Assembly: GCA_964016885.1 (NCBI GenBank)
Contig: OZ024741.1
Location: 256,866,001-256,930,000 of the forward strand
Source: Eledone cirrhosa
Lineage: Eukaryota
Direction of reading: 5' to 3'
Length of the DNA: 64,000 nucleotides
The notes under the pieces are model-generated. The model was not told the DNA's origin. It did no database searches and was given only the letters and a program-made list of their open reading frames with translations. The stretch's first letter is position 1. Every line of letters begins with the position of its first letter. This document shows positions 1-14,900 of this stretch, in pieces. Both the position numbers and the translations under genes were made by a program.

Positions 1-739
1 ACTTACGAGTGTTCTGACTTACGAGTGTTCCGATTTACGAGTGTTTCGGCTTATGAGTGTTTCGACTTACGAATGTTTTTGCTTACGGGTGTTTCGACTT
101 ACGAATGTTTTTGCTTACGAGTGTTTCGGCTTACGAGTGTTTCGACTTACGAGTGTTTCGGCTTACGAGTGTTTTGACTTACGAATGTTCTGACTACGAG
201 TGTTCTGACTTACGAGTGTTTCGGCTTATGAGTGTTTCGGCTTACGAGTGTTTCGACATACGGGTGTTTCGACTTACGGTGTTTCGGCTTACGAGTGTTT
301 CGACTTACGAGTGTTCTGACTTACGAGTGTTCTGACTTACGAGTGTTCTGACTTACGAGTGTTCCGACTTACGAGTGTTTCGGCTTACGAGTGTTTCGGC
401 TTACGAGTGTTTCGGCTTACGAGTGTTTCGACTTACGAGTGTTTCGACTTACGAGTGTTTCGACTTACGAGTGTTTTGACTTACGGTGTTTCGGCTTACG
501 AGTGTTTCGACTTACGAATGTTTTGACTTACTGGTGTTTTGACATACGAGTGTTTCGATACGAGTGTTTCGACTTACGAGTGTTCTGACTTACGAGTGTT
601 CTGACTTACGAGTTTTCTGACTGACGAGTGTTCTAACTTACGAGTGTTCTGACTTACGAGTGTTCTGACTTACGAGTGTTCCGACTTACGAGTGTTTCGG
701 CTCACCAGTGTTTCGGCTTACGAGTGTTTCGACTTACGA

Positions 740-808
740 AAATAACAAATAGACGCGGTTTCAAATCTCTATACTTTTCAAATTCATTACATTAATCTTT
801 ATTTATAC
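740..808 (+). repeat. 69-bp AT-rich linker, first of 32 copies (AAATAACAAATAGACGCGGTTTCAAATCTCTATRCTTTTCAAATTCATTACATTAATCTTTATTTATAC)
   Basis: Copies start at 740, 2063, 3951, 4923, 6173, 7423, 8390, 8738, 10121, 11088, 11436, 12742, 13033, 13842, 15502, 15917, 17033, 17466, 18299, 20955, 21927, 25091, 26350, 27673, 29416, 31336, 32292, 38973, 40967, 47763, 49757 and 60010. Each follows GACTTAYGA and precedes GTTTCGCYTTAC. Confidence 0.97.
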
Positions 809-3800
809 GTTTCGCTTTACGAGTGTTTCGACTTACGAGTGTTTCGACTTACGAGTGTTTCGGCTTACGATTGTTTTGACTTACGAGTGTTTTGACTTAC
901 GGGTGTTTCGGCCTACGAGTGTTTCGACTTACGAGTGTTCTGACTTACGAGTGTTCTGACTTACGAGCGTTCCGACTTACGAGTGTTTCGGCTTACGAGT
1001 GTTCCGACTTACGAGTGTTTCGACTTACGAGTGTTTCGACTTACGAGCGTTTTGACTTACGAGTGTTTTGACTTACGGTGTTTCTGCTTACGAGTGTTTC
1101 GACTTACGAGGGTTAAGACTTACGGGTGTTTTGACATACGAGTGTTTCGACTTACGAGTGTTACCAGTGTTCTGACTTACGAGTGTTTCGACTTACGAGT
1201 GTTCTGACCTACGAGTGTTCTGACTTACGAGTGTTTCGACTTACGAGTGTTTTGACTTACGGGTGTTTCGACTTACGAGTGTTTCGACTTACGAGTGTTT
1301 CGAGTTACGGGTGTTTCGACTTACGAGTGTTTTGACTTACGAGTGTTAAGACTTACGGGTGTTTTGACATACGAGTGTTTCGATACGAGTGTTTCGACTT
1401 ACGAGTGTTTTGACTTACGGGTGTTTTGACATACGAGTGTTTCGAAACGAGTGTTTCGACTACGAGTGTTTCGACTTACGAGTGTTTCGGCTTACGAGTG
1501 TTTCGACATACGGGTGTTTCGATTTACGGTGTTTCGGCTTACGAGTGTTTCGACTTACGAATGTTCTGACTTACGAGTGTTCTGACTTACGAGTGTTCTG
1601 ACTTACGAGTGTTCTGACTTACGATTGTTCCGACTTACGAGTGTTTCGGCTTACGAGTGTTTCGGCTTACGAGTGTTTCGACTTACGAGTGTTTCGATTT
1701 ACGAGTGTTTCGACTTACGAGTGCTTTGACTTACGGTGTTTCGGCTTACGAGTGTTTCGACTTACGAGTGATTTGACTTACTGGTGTTTTGACATACGAG
1801 GGTTTCGATACGAGTGTTTCGACTTACGAGTGTTTTAACTTACGGTTGTTTCGAATTACGCGTGTTTCGACTACGAATGTTCCGACTTACGAGTGTTTCG
1901 ACTTACGAGTGTTTCGACTTACGAGTGCTTTGACTTACGAATGTTTTGACTTACTTCGACTTACGAGTGATCTGACTTACGAGTGTTCCTACTTACGAGT
2001 GTTTCGACTTACGAGTGTTTCGACTTGCGAGTGTTTCGACATACGAGTGTTTCGACTTACGAAAATAACAAATAGACGCGGTTTCAAATCTCTATGCTTT
2101 TCAAATTCATTACATTAATCTTTATTTATACGTTTCGCTTTACGAGTGTTTCGAGTTACGAGTGTTTCGACATACGAGTGATTCGGCTAACGAGTGTTTT
2201 GATTTACGAGTGTTTTGACTTACGGGTGCTTCGACTTACGCGTGTTTCGACTTACGAGTGTTTCGACTTACGAGTGTTTCGACTTACGATTGTTTCGGCT
2301 TACGAATGTTTCGACTTACGAGTGTTCTGACTACGAGTGTTCTGACTTACGGGTGTTCTGACTTACGAGTGTTCCGACTTACGAGTGTTTCGGCTTATGA
2401 GTGTTTCGACTTACAAGTGCTTCGACTTACGAGTGTTTCGGCTTACGGGTGTTTCGACTTACGAATGTTTTTGCTTACGAGTGTTTCGGCTTACGAGTGT
2501 TTCGGCTTATGAGTGTTTCGACTTACAAGTGTTTTGACTTACGGGTGTTTTGACATACGAGTGTTTCGATACGAGTGTTCTGACTTACGAGTGTTTCCGC
2601 TTACGAGTGTTTCGGCTTACGAGTGTTTCGACTTACTAATGTTTTTACTTACGAGTGTTTCGGTGTACGAGTGTTTCGACTTAAGGATGTTTCGACTTAC
2701 GAGTGTTTCGACTTACGAGTGTTTCGACTTACGAGTGTTTCGACTTACGAGTGTTTTGGCTTACGAATGTTTTGACATACGGGTGTTTCGACTTACGGGT
2801 GTTTCGGCTTACGAGTGTTTCGACTTATGAGTGTTCCGACTTACGAGTGTTTCGACTTACGAGTGTTCTGACTACGAGTGTTCTGACTTACGTGTGCTCT
2901 GACTTACGAGTGTTTCGACTTACGAGTGTTCCGACTTACGAGTGTTTCGACTTACGAGTGTTTCGACTTACGAGCGTTTTGACTTACGAGTGTTTTGACT
3001 TACGGTGTTTCTGCTTACGAGTGTTTAGACTTACGAGGGTTAAGACTTACGGGTGTTTTGACATACGAGTGTTTCGACTTACGAGTGTTACGAGTGTTTC
3101 GACTTATGAGTGTTCCGACTTACGAGTGTTTCGACTTACGAGTGTTCTGACTACGAGTGTTCTGACTTACGGGTGCTCTGACTTACGAGTGTTTCGACTT
3201 ACGAGTGTTTCGACTTATGAGTGTTTCGGCTTACGAGTGTTTTGACTTACGAGTGTTCTGACTACGAGTGTTCTGACTTACGAGTGTTTCGGCTTATGAG
3301 TGTTTCGACTTACGAGTGTTTCGGCTTATGAGTGTTTCGACTTACGAGTGTTTCGGCTTACGAGTGTTTCGACTTACGAGTGTTTCGACTTACGAGTGTT
3401 TCAACTTACGAGTGTTTCGACTTACGAGTGTTTCGACTTACGGGTGTTTCGACTTACGAGTGTTTCGACTACGAGTGTTTCGACTTACGAGTGTTTCGGC
3501 TTACGAGTGTTTCGACATACGGGTGTTTCGACTTACGGTGTTTCGGCTTACGAGTGTTTCGACTTACGAGTGTTCTGACTTACGAGTGTTCTGACTTACG
3601 AGTGTTTCGGCTTACGAGTGTTTCGGCTTACGAGTGTTTCGGCTTACGAGTGTTTCGACTTACGAGTGTTTCGACTTACGAGTGTTTCGACTTACGAGTG
3701 TTTCGACTTACGGTGTTTCGGCTTACGAGTGTTTCGACTTACGAGTGTTTTGACTTACTGGTGTTTTGACATACGAGTGTTTCGATACGAGTGTTTCGAC

Positions 3801-4569
3801 TTACGAGTGTTCTGACTTACGAGTGTTCTGACTTACGAGTGTTCTAACTTACGAGTGTTCTGACTTACGAGTGTTCTGACTTACGAGTGTTCCGACTTAC
3901 GAGTGTTTCGGCTCACCAGTGTTTCGGCTTACGAGTGTTTCGACTTACGAAAATAACAAATAGACGCGGTTTCAAATCTCTATGCTTTTCATATTCATTA
4001 CATTAATCTTTATTTATACGTTTCGCCTTACGAGTGTTTCGACTTACGAGTGTTTCGACTTACGAGTGTTTCGGCTTACGAGTGTTTCGACTTACGAGTG
4101 TTTTGACTTACGGGTGTTTTGACATACGAGTGTTTCGATACGAGTGTTCTGACTTACGAGTGTTCTGACTTACGAGTGTTCTGACTTACGAGTGTTCTGA
4201 CTTACGAGTGTTCCGATTTACGAGTGTTTCGGCTTATGAGTGTTTCGACTTACGAATGTTTTTGCTTACGGGTGTTTCGACTTACGAATGTTTTTGCTTA
4301 CGAGTGTTTCGGCTTACGAGTGTTTCGACTTACGAGTGTTTCGGCTTACGAGTGTTTTGACTTACGAATGTTCTGACTACGAGTGTTCTGACTTACGAGT
4401 GTTTCGGCTTATGAGTGTTTCGGCTTACGAGTGTTTCGACATACGGGTGTTTCGACTTACGGTGTTTCGGCTTACGAGTGTTTCGACTTACGAGTGTTCT
4501 GACTTACGAGTGTTCTGACTTACGAGTGTTCTGACTTACGAGTGTTCCGACTTACGAGTGTTTCGGCTT

Positions 4570-7500
4570 ACGAGTGTTTCGGCTTACGAGTGTTTCGGCT
4601 TACGAGTGTTTCGACTTACGAGTGTTTCGACTTACGAGTGTTTCGACTTACGAGTGTTTTGACTTACGGTGTTTCGGCTTACGAGTGTTTCGACTTACGA
4701 GTGTTTTGACTTACTGGTGTTTTGACATACGAGTGTTTCGATACGAGTGTTTCGACTTACGAGTGTTCTGACTTACGAGTGTTCTGACTTACGAGTGTTC
4801 TGACTGACGAGTGTTCTAACTTACGAGTGTTCTGACTTACGAGTGTTCTGACTTACGAGTGTTCCGACTTACGAGTGTTTCGGCTCACCAGTGTTTCGGC
4901 TTACGAGTGTTTCGACTTACGAAAATAACAAATAGACGCGGTTTCAAATCTCTATACTTTTCAAATTCATTACATTAATCTTTATTTATACGTTTCGCTT
5001 TACGAGTGTTTCGACTTACGAGTGTTTCGACTTACGAGTGTTTCGGCTTACGATTGTTTTGACTTACGAGTGTTTTGACTTACGGGTGTTTCGGCCTACG
5101 AGTGTTTCGACTTACGAGTGTTCTGACTTACGAGTGTTCTGACTTACGAGCGTTCCGACTTACGAGTGTTTCGGCTTACGAGTGTTCCGACTTACGAGTG
5201 TTTCGACTTACGAGTGTTTCGACTTACGAGCGTTTTGACTTACGAGTGTTTTGACTTACGGTGTTTCTGCTTACGAGTGTTTCGACTTACGAGGGTTAAG
5301 ACTTACGGGTGTTTTGACATACGAGTGTTTCGACTTACGAGTGTTACCAGTGTTCTGACTTACGAGTGTTTCGACTTACGAGTGTTCTGACCTACGAGTG
5401 TTCTGACTTACGAGTGTTTCGACTTACGAGTGTTTTGACTTACGGGTGTTTCGACTTACGAGTGTTTCGACTTACGAGTGTTTCGAGTTACGGGTGTTTC
5501 GACTTACGAGTGTTTTGACTTACGAGTGTTAAGACTTACGGGTGTTTTGACATACGAGTGTTTCGATACGAGTGTTTCGACTTACGAGTGTTTTGACTTA
5601 CGGGTGTTTTGAAATACGAGTGTTTCGAAACGAGTGTTTCGACTACGAGTGTTTCGACTTACGAGTGTTTCGGCTTACGAGTGTTTCGACATACGGGTGT
5701 TTCGATTTACGGTGTTTCGGCTTACGAGTGTTTCGACTTACGAATGTTCTGACTTACGAGTGTTCTGACTTACGAGTGTTCTGACTTACGAGTGTTCTGA
5801 CTTACGATTGTTCCGACTTACGAGTGTTTCGGCTTACGAGTGTTTCGGCTTACGAGTGTTTCGACTTACGAGTGTTTCGATTTACGAGTGTTTCGACTTA
5901 CGAGTGTTTTGACTTACGGTGTTTCGGCTTACGAGTGTTTCGACTTACGAGTGTTTTGACTTACTGGTGTTTTGACATACGAGGGTTTCGATACGAGTGT
6001 TTCGACTTACGAGTGTTCTGACTTACGAGTGTTCTGACTTACGAGTGTTCTGACTGACGAGTGTTCTAACTTACGAGTGTTCTGACTTACGAGTGTTCTG
6101 ACTTACGAGTGTTCCGACTTACGAGTGTTTCGGCTCACCAGTGTTTCGGCTTACGAGTGTTTCGACTTACGAAAATAACAAATAGACGCGGTTTCAAATC
6201 TCTATACTTTTCAAATTCATTACATTAATCTTTATTTATACGTTTCGCTTTACGAGTGTTTCGACTTACGAGTGTTTCGACTTACGAGTGTTTCGGCTTA
6301 CGATTGTTTTGACTTACGAGTGTTTTGACTTACGGGTGTTTCGGCCTACGAGTGTTTCGACTTACGAGTGTTCTGACTTACGAGTGTTCTGACTTACGAG
6401 CGTTCCGACTTACGAGTGTTTCGGCTTACGAGTGTTCCGACTTACGAGTGTTTCGACTTACGAGTGTTTCGACTTACGAGCGTTTTGACTTACGAGTGTT
6501 TTGACTTACGGTGTTTCTGCTTACGAGTGTTTCGACTTACGAGGGTTAAGACTTACGGGTGTTTTGACATACGAGTGTTTCGACTTACGAGTGTTACCAG
6601 TGTTCTGACTTACGAGTGTTTCGACTTACGAGTGTTCTGACCTACGAGTGTTCTGACTTACGAGTGTTTCGACTTACGAGTGTTTTGACTTACGGGTGTT
6701 TCGACTTACGAGTGTTTCGACTTACGAGTGTTTCGAGTTACGGGTGTTTCGACTTACGAGTGTTTTGACTTACGAGTGTTAAGACTTACGGGTGTTTTGA
6801 CATACGAGTGTTTCGATACGAGTGTTTCGACTTACGAGTGTTTTGACTTACGGGTGTTTTGACATACGAGTGTTTCGAAACGAGTGTTTCGACTACGAGT
6901 GTTTCGACTTACGAGTGTTTCGGCTTACGAGTGTTTCGACATACGGGTGTTTCGATTTACGGTGTTTCGGCTTACGAGTGTTTCGACTTACGAATGTTCT
7001 GACTTACGAGTGTTCTGACTTACGAGTGTTCTGACTTACGAGTGTTCTGACTTACGATTGTTCCGACTTACGAGTGTTTCGGCTTACGAGTGTTTCGGCT
7101 TACGAGTGTTTCGACTTACGAGTGTTTCGATTTACGAGTGTTTCGACTTACGAGTGATTTGACTTACGGTGTTTCGGCTTACGAGTGTTTCGACTTACGA
7201 GTGATTTGACTTACTGGTGTTTTGACATACGAGGGTTTCGATACGAGTTATTCGACTTACGAGTGTTCTGACTTACGAGTGTTCTGACTTACGAGTGTTC
7301 TGACTTACGAGTGTTCTAACTTACGAGTGTTCTGACTTACGAGTGTTCTGACTTACGAGTGTTCCGACTTACGAGTGTTTCGGCTCACCAGTGTTTCGGC
7401 TTACGAGTGTTTCGACTTACGAAAATAACAAATAGACGCGGTTTCAAATCTCTATGCTTTTCAAATTCATTACATTAATCTTTATTTATACGTTTCGCTT

Positions 7501-7640
7501 TACGAGTGTTTCGACTTACGAGTGTTTCGACTTACGAGTGTTTCGGCTTACGATTGTTTTGACTTACGAGTGTTTTGACTTACGGGTGTTTCGGCTTACG
7601 AGTGTTTCGACTTACGAGTGTTCTGACTTACGAGTGTTCT
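4570..7640 (+). repeat. Higher-order tandem repeat, period 1250 bp (about 2.5 copies)
   Basis: Linkers at 4923, 6173 and 7423. Matching ORF pairs 5166/6416 (identical) and 5572/6822 (one residue differs) are offset by 1250. Confidence 0.9.
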
Positions 7641-10600
7641 GACTTACGAGTGTTTCGGCTTACGAGTGTTTCGACTTACGAGTGTTGTGACTTACGAGTG
7701 TTTCGACTTACGAGCGTTCCGACTTAGGAGTGTTTCGGCTTACGAATGTTCCGACTTACGAGTGTTTCGACTTACGAGTGTTTCGACTTACGAGCGTTTT
7801 GACTTACGAGTGTTTTGACATACGGTGTTTCTGCTTACGAGTGTTTCGACTTACGAGTGTTAAGACTTACGGGTGTTTTGACATACGAGTGTTTCGACTT
7901 ACGAGTGTTACGAGTGTTCTGACTTACGAGTGTTTCGACTTACGAGTGTTCTGACCTACGAGTGTTCTGACTTACGTGTGTTTCGACTTACGAGTGTTTT
8001 GACTTACGGGTGTTTCGACTTACGAGTGTTTCGACTTACGAGTGTTTCGAGTTACGGGTGTTTCGACTTACGACTGTTTTGACTTACGAGTGTTAAGACT
8101 TACGGGTGTTTTGACATACGAGTGATTCGATACGAGTGTTTCGACTTACGAGTGTTTTGACTTACGGGTGTTTTGACATACGAGTGTTTCGATACGAGTG
8201 TTCTGACTTACGAGTGTTCTGACTTACGAGTGTTCTGACTTACGAGTGTTCTGACTTACGAGTGTTCTGACTTACGAGTGTTCCGACTTACGAGTGATCT
8301 GACTTACGAGTGTTCCTACTTACGAGTGTTTCGACTTACGAGTGTTTCGACTTGCGAGTGTTTCGACTTACGAATGTTCCGACTTACGAAAATAACAAAT
8401 AGACGCGGTTTCAAATATCTATGCTTTTCAAATTCATTACATTAATCTTTATTCATACGTTTCGCTTTACGTGTGTTTCGGCGTACGAGTGTTTCGACTT
8501 ACGAGTGTTTTAACTTACGGTTGTTTCGACTTAAGCGTGTTTCGACTACGAATGTTCCGACTTACGAGTGTTTCGACTTACGAGTGTTTCGACTTAAGAG
8601 TGCTTTGACTTACGAATGTTTTGACTTACTTCGACTTACGAGTGATCTGACTTACGAGTGTTCCTACTTACGAGTGTTTCGACTTACGAGTGTTTCGACT
8701 TGCGAGTGTTTCGACTTACGAGTGTTTCGACTTACGAAAATAACAAATAGACGCGGTTTCAAATCTCTATGCTTTTCAAATTCATTACATTAATCTTTAT
8801 TTATACGTTTCGCTTTACGAGTGTTTCGAGTTACGAGTGTTTCGACATACGAGTGATTCGGCTAACGAGTGTTTTGATTTACGAGTGTTTTGACTTACGG
8901 GTGCTTCGACATACGCGTGTTTCGACTTACGAGTGTTTCGACTTACGAGTGTTTCGACTTACGATTGTTTCGGCTTACGAGTGTTTCGACTTACGAGTGT
9001 TCTGACTACGAGTGTTTTGACTTACGGGTGTTCTGACTTACGAGTGTTCCGACTTACGAGTGTTTCGGCTTATGAGTGTTTCGACTTACAAGGGCTTCGA
9101 CTTACGAGTGTTTCGGCTTACGGGTGTTTCGACTTACGAATGTTTTTGCTTACGAGTGTTTCGGCTTACGAGTGTTTCGGCTTATGAGTGTTTCGACTTA
9201 CAAGTGTTTTGACTTACGGGTGTTTTGACATACGAGTGTTTCGATACGAGTGTTCTGACTTACGAGTGTTTCCGCTTACGAGTGTTTCGGCTTACGAGTG
9301 TTTCGACTTACTAATGTTTTTACTTACGAGTGTTTCGGTGTACGAGTGTTTCGACTTAAGGATGTTTCGACTTACGAGTGTTTCGACTTACGAGTGTTTC
9401 GACTTACGAGTGTTTCGACTTACGAGTGTTTCGAGTTACGGGTGTTTCGACTTACGAGTGTTTTGACTTACGAGTGTTAAGACTTACGGGTGTTTTGACA
9501 TACGAGTGTTTCGATACGAGTGTTTCGACTTACGAGTGTTTTGACTTACGGGTGTTTTGACATACGAGTGTTTCGAAACGAGTGTTTCGACTACGAGTGT
9601 TTCGACTTACGAGTGTTTCGGCTTACGAGTGTTTCGACATACGGGTGTTTCGATTTACGGTGTTTCGGCTTACGAGTGTTTCGACTTACGAATGTTCTGA
9701 CTTACGAGTGTTCTGACTTACGAGTGTTCTGACTTACGAGTGTTCTGACTTACGATTGTTCCGACTTACGAGTGTTTCGGCTTACGAGTGTTTCGGCTTA
9801 CGAGTGTTTCGACTTACGAGTGTTTCGATTTACGAGTGTTTCGACTTACGAGTGCTTTGACTTACGGTGTTTCGGCTTACGAGTGTTTCGACTTACGAGT
9901 GATTTGACTTACTGGTGTTTTGACATACGAGGGTTTCGATACGAGTGTTTCGACTTACGAGTGTTCTGACTTACGAGTGTTCTGACTTACGAGTGTTCTG
10001 ACTTACGAGTGTTCTAACTTACGAGTGTTCTGACTTACGAGTGTTCTGACTTACGAGTGTTCCGACTTACGAGTGTTTCGGCTCAACAGTGTTTCGGCTT
10101 ACGAGTGTTTCGACTTACGAAAATAACAAATAGACGCTGTTTCAAATCTCTATGCTTTTCAAATTCATTACATTAATCTTTATTTATACGTTTCGCTTTA
10201 CGAGTGTTTCGACTTACGAGTGTTTCGACTTACGAGTGTTTCGGCTTACGATTGTTTTGACTTACGAGTGTTTTGACTTACGGGTGTTTCGGCTTACGAG
10301 TGTTTCGACTTACGAGTGTTCTGACTTACGAGTGTTCTGACTTACGAGTGTTTCGGCTTACGAGTGTTTCGACTTACGAGTGTTGTGACTTACGAGTGTT
10401 TCGACTTACGAGCGTTCCGACTTAGGAGTGTTTCGGCTTACGAATGTTCCGACTTACGAGTGTTTCGACTTACGAGTGTTTCGACTTACGAGCGTTTTGA
10501 CTTACGAGTGTTTTGACATACGGTGTTTCTGCTTACGAGTGTTTCGACTTACGAGTGTTAAGACTTACGGGTGTTTTGACATACGAGTGTTTCGACTTAC

Positions 10601-11660
10601 GAGTGTTACGAGTGTTCTGACTTACGAGTGTTTCGACTTACGAGTGTTCTGACCTACGAGTGTTCTGACTTACGTGTGTTTCGACTTACGAGTGTTTTGA
10701 CTTACGGGTGTTTCGACTTACGAGTGTTTCGACTTACGAGTGTTTCGAGTTACGGGTGTTTCGACTTACGACTGTTTTGACTTACGAGTGTTAAGACTTA
10801 CGGGTGTTTTGACATACGAGTGATTCGATACGAGTGTTTCGACTTACGAGTGTTTTGACTTACGGGTGTTTTGACATACGAGTGTTTCGATACGAGTGTT
10901 CTGACTTACGAGTGTTCTGACTTACGAGTGTTCTGACTTACGAGTGTTCTGACTTACGAGTGTTCTGACTTACGAGTGTTCCGACTTACGAGTGATCTGA
11001 CTTACGAGTGTTCCTACTTACGAGTGTTTCGACTTACGAGTGTTTCGACTTGCGAGTGTTTCGACTTACGAATGTTCCGACTTACGAAAATAACAAATAG
11101 ACGCGGTTTCAAATATCTATGCTTTTCAAATTCATTACATTAATCTTTATTCATACGTTTCGCTTTACGTGTGTTTCGGCGTACGAGTGTTTCGACTTAC
11201 GAGTGTTTTAACTTACGGTTGTTTCGACTTAAGCGTGTTTCGACTACGAATGTTCCGACTTACGAGTGTTTCGACTTACGAGTGTTTCGACTTACGAGTG
11301 CTTTGACTTACGAATGTTTTGACTTACTTCGACTTACGAGTGATCTGACTTACGAGTGTTCCTACTTACGAGTGTTTCGACTTACGAGTGTTTCGACTTG
11401 CGAGTGTTTCGACTTACGAGTGTTTCGACTTACGAAAATAACAAATAGACGCGGTTTCAAATCTCTATGCTTTTCAAATTCATTACATTAATCTTTATTT
11501 ATACGTTTCGCTTTACGAGTGTTTCGAGTTACGAGTGTTTCGACATACGAGTGATTCGGCTAACGAGTGTTTTGATTTACGAGTGTTTTGACTTACGGGT
11601 GCTTCGACATACGCGTGTTTCGACTTACGAGTGTTTCGACTTACGAGTGTTTCGACTTAT
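6710..11660 (+). repeat. Higher-order tandem duplication, period 2698 bp (about 1.8 copies)
   Basis: Offset 2698 for ORF pairs 6822/9520, 7454/10152, 7730/10428, 8473/11171 and 8769/11467, and for linkers 7423/10121, 8390/11088 and 8738/11436. Confidence 0.92.
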
Positions 11661-11914
11661 GGTGTTTCGGCTTACGAGTGTTTCGACTTACGAGTGTTTT
11701 GACTTGCGAGTGTTTTGACTTACGGTGTTTCTGCTTACGAGTGTTTCGACTTACGAGTGTTATGACTTACGGGTGTTTTGACATACGAGTGTTTCGATAC
11801 GAGTGTTTCGACTTACGAGTGTTTTGACTTACGAGTGTTTCGAGTTACGAGTGTGTCGAATTACGAATGTTTTTACTTACGAATGTTCTGACTTACGGGT
11901 GTTTCGGCTTACGA

Positions 11915-14900
11915 GTGTTTCGACTTACGAGTGTTTTAACTTACGGGTGTTTCTACTTACGCGTGTTTCGACTTGCAAGTGTTTCGACTTACGAGTGTTT
12001 CGACTACGAATGTGCCGACTTACGAGTGTTTCGACTTATGAGTGTTTCGACTTACGAGTGTTCTGACTTACGGGTGTTCCGACTCACGAGTGTTTCGGCT
12101 TACGATTGTTTTGACTTACGATTGTTTTGGCTTACGAATGTTTCGACTTACGAGTGTTTCAACTTACGAGTGTTTTGACTTACGGTGTTTCGGCTTACGA
12201 GTGTTTCGACTTACGAGTGTTTTGACTTACGGGTGTTTTGACATACGAGTGTTTCGATACGAGTGTTCTGACTTACGAGTGTTCTGACTTACGAGTGTTC
12301 TGACTTACGAGTGTTCTGACTTACGGGTGTTCTGACTTACGAGTGTTCCGACTTACGAGTGTTTCGGCTTATGAGGGTTTCGACTTACGAGTGCTTCGGC
12401 TTACGAGTGTTTCGACCTACGAATGTTTCGGCTTACGAGTGTTTCGACTTACGAATGTTTTGGCTTACGAGTGTTTCGGCTTACGAGTGTTTCGTATTAC
12501 GAGTGTTTCGACTTACGAGTGTTTTGACTTACGTTGTTTCGGCTTACGAGTGTTTCGACTTACGAGTGCTTTAACTTACGGGTGTTTCGACTTACGCGTG
12601 TTTCGACTTACGTATGTTCCGACTTACGAGTGTTTCGACATACGAGTGTTTCGGCTTACGAGTGTTTCGACTTACGAGTGTTTCGACTTACGAGTGTTCT
12701 GACTTACGAGTGTTCTGACTTACGAGTGTTCTGACTTACGAAAATAACGTATAGACGCGGTTTCAAATATCTATGCTTTTCAAATTCATTACATTAATCT
12801 TTATTTATACGTTTCGCTTTACGAGTGTTTCGGCGTACGAGTGTTTCGACTTACGAGTGTTTTAACTTACGGTTGTTTCGACTTACGCGTGTTTCGACTT
12901 ACGAATGTTCCGACTTACGCGTGTTTCGACTTACGAGTGTTTCGACTTACGAGTGTTTCGACTTACAAATGTTCCGACTTACGAGTGTTTCTACTTACGA
13001 GTGTTTCGGCTTACGAGTGTTTCGACTTACGAAAATAACGTATAGACGCGGTTTCAAATATCTATGCTTTTCAAATTCATTACATTAATCTTTATTTATA
13101 CGTTTCGCTTTACGAGTGTTTCGGCGTACGAGTGTTTCGACTTACGAGTGTTTTAACTTACGGTTGTTTCGACTTACGCGTGTTTCGACTACGAATGTTC
13201 CGACTTACGAGTGTTTCGACTTACGAATGTTTTGACTTACGGGTGTTTCGACTTACGCGTGTTTCGACTTACGAATGTTCCGACTTACGAGTGTTTCGAC
13301 ATACGAGTGTTTCGGCTTACGAGTGTTTCGACTTACGAGTGTTTCGACTTACGAGTGTTCTGACTTACGAGTGATCTGACTTACGAGTGTTCCTACTTAC
13401 GAGTGTTTCGACTTACGAGTGTTTCGGCTTACGAGTGTTTCGGTGTTTCGGCTTACGTGTGTTTCGACTTACGAGTGTTTTGACTTACGAGTGTTTCGGC
13501 TTATGAGTGTTTCGACTTACGAGTGCTTCGGCTTACGAGTGTTTCGACTTACGAGTGTTTCGGCTTACGAGTGTTTCGGCTTACGAGTGTTTCAACGTAC
13601 GAATGTTTTGGCTTACGAGTGTTTCGGCTTATGAGTGTTTCGACTTACGAGTGTTTCGGCTTACGTGTGTTTCGACTTACGAGTGTTTCGACTTACGAGT
13701 GTTTCGGCTTACGAGTGTTTCGGCTTACGAGTGTTTCGACTTACGAGTGTTTCGACTTACGAGTGTTTCGACTTACGAGTGTTTCGACTTACGAGTGTTT
13801 TGACTTACGGTGTTTCGGCTTACGAGTGTTTCGACTTATGAAAATAACAAATAGACGCGGTTTCAAATCTCTATGCTTTTCAAATTCATTACATTAATCT
13901 TTATTTATACGTTTCGCTTTACGAGTGTTTCGACTTACGAGTGTTTCGACTTACGAGTGTTTCGGCTTACGATTGTTTTGACTTACGAGTGTTTTGACTT
14001 ACATGTGTTTCGACTTACGCGTGTTTCGGCTTACGAGTGTTTCGAATTACGAGTGTTCTGACTACGAGTGTTCTGACTTACGGGTGTTCTGACTTACGAG
14101 TGTTCCGACTTACGAGTGTTTAGGCTTATGAGTGTTTCGACTTACGGGTGTTTTTGCTTTCGAGTGTTTCGACTTACGAGTGTTTCGGGTTACGAGTGTT
14201 TCGACTTACGAATGTTTTCGCTTACGAGTGTTTCGGCTTACGAGTGTTTCGACTTACGAGTGTTTCGACTTACGAGTGTTTTGACTTACGGTTTTTCGGC
14301 TTGCGAGTGTTTTGACATACGAGTGTTTTGACTTACGGGCGTTTCGACTTACGGGTGTTTCGACTTACGAGTGTTTCGACTTACGAGTGTTCTGACTTAC
14401 GAGTGTTCTGACTTGCGAGTGTTCCGACTTACGAGTGTTTCGGCTTACGAGTATTTCGACATACGAGTGTTTTGACATACGGATGTTTCGACTTACGGGT
14501 GTTTCGACTTACGAGTGTTTCGACTTACGAGTGTTTTAACTTACGGGTGTTTCTACTTACGCGTGTTTCGACTTGCAAGTGTTTCGACTTACGAGTGTTT
14601 CGACTATGAATGTGCCGACTTACGAGTGTTTCGACTTATGAGTGTTTCGACTTACGAGTGTTCTGACTTACGGGTGTTCCGACTGACGAGTGTTTCGGCT
14701 TCCGATTGTTTTGACTTACGGTTGTTTTGGCTTACGAATGTTTCGACTTACGAGTGTTTCAACTTACGAGTGTTTTGACTTACGGTGTTTCGGCTTACGA
14801 GTGTTTCGACTTACGAGTGTTTTGACTTACGGGTGTTTTGACATACGAGTGTTTCGATACGAGTGTTCTGACTTACGAGTGTTCTGACTTACGAGTGTTC

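Noticed and set aside
2094-2330. MLFKFITLIFIYTF signal-peptide-like ORF starts in the linker
   Set aside because: The hydrophobicity reflects T-rich sequence. The ATG is lost (ATA) in seven copies, and the downstream frame is satellite.
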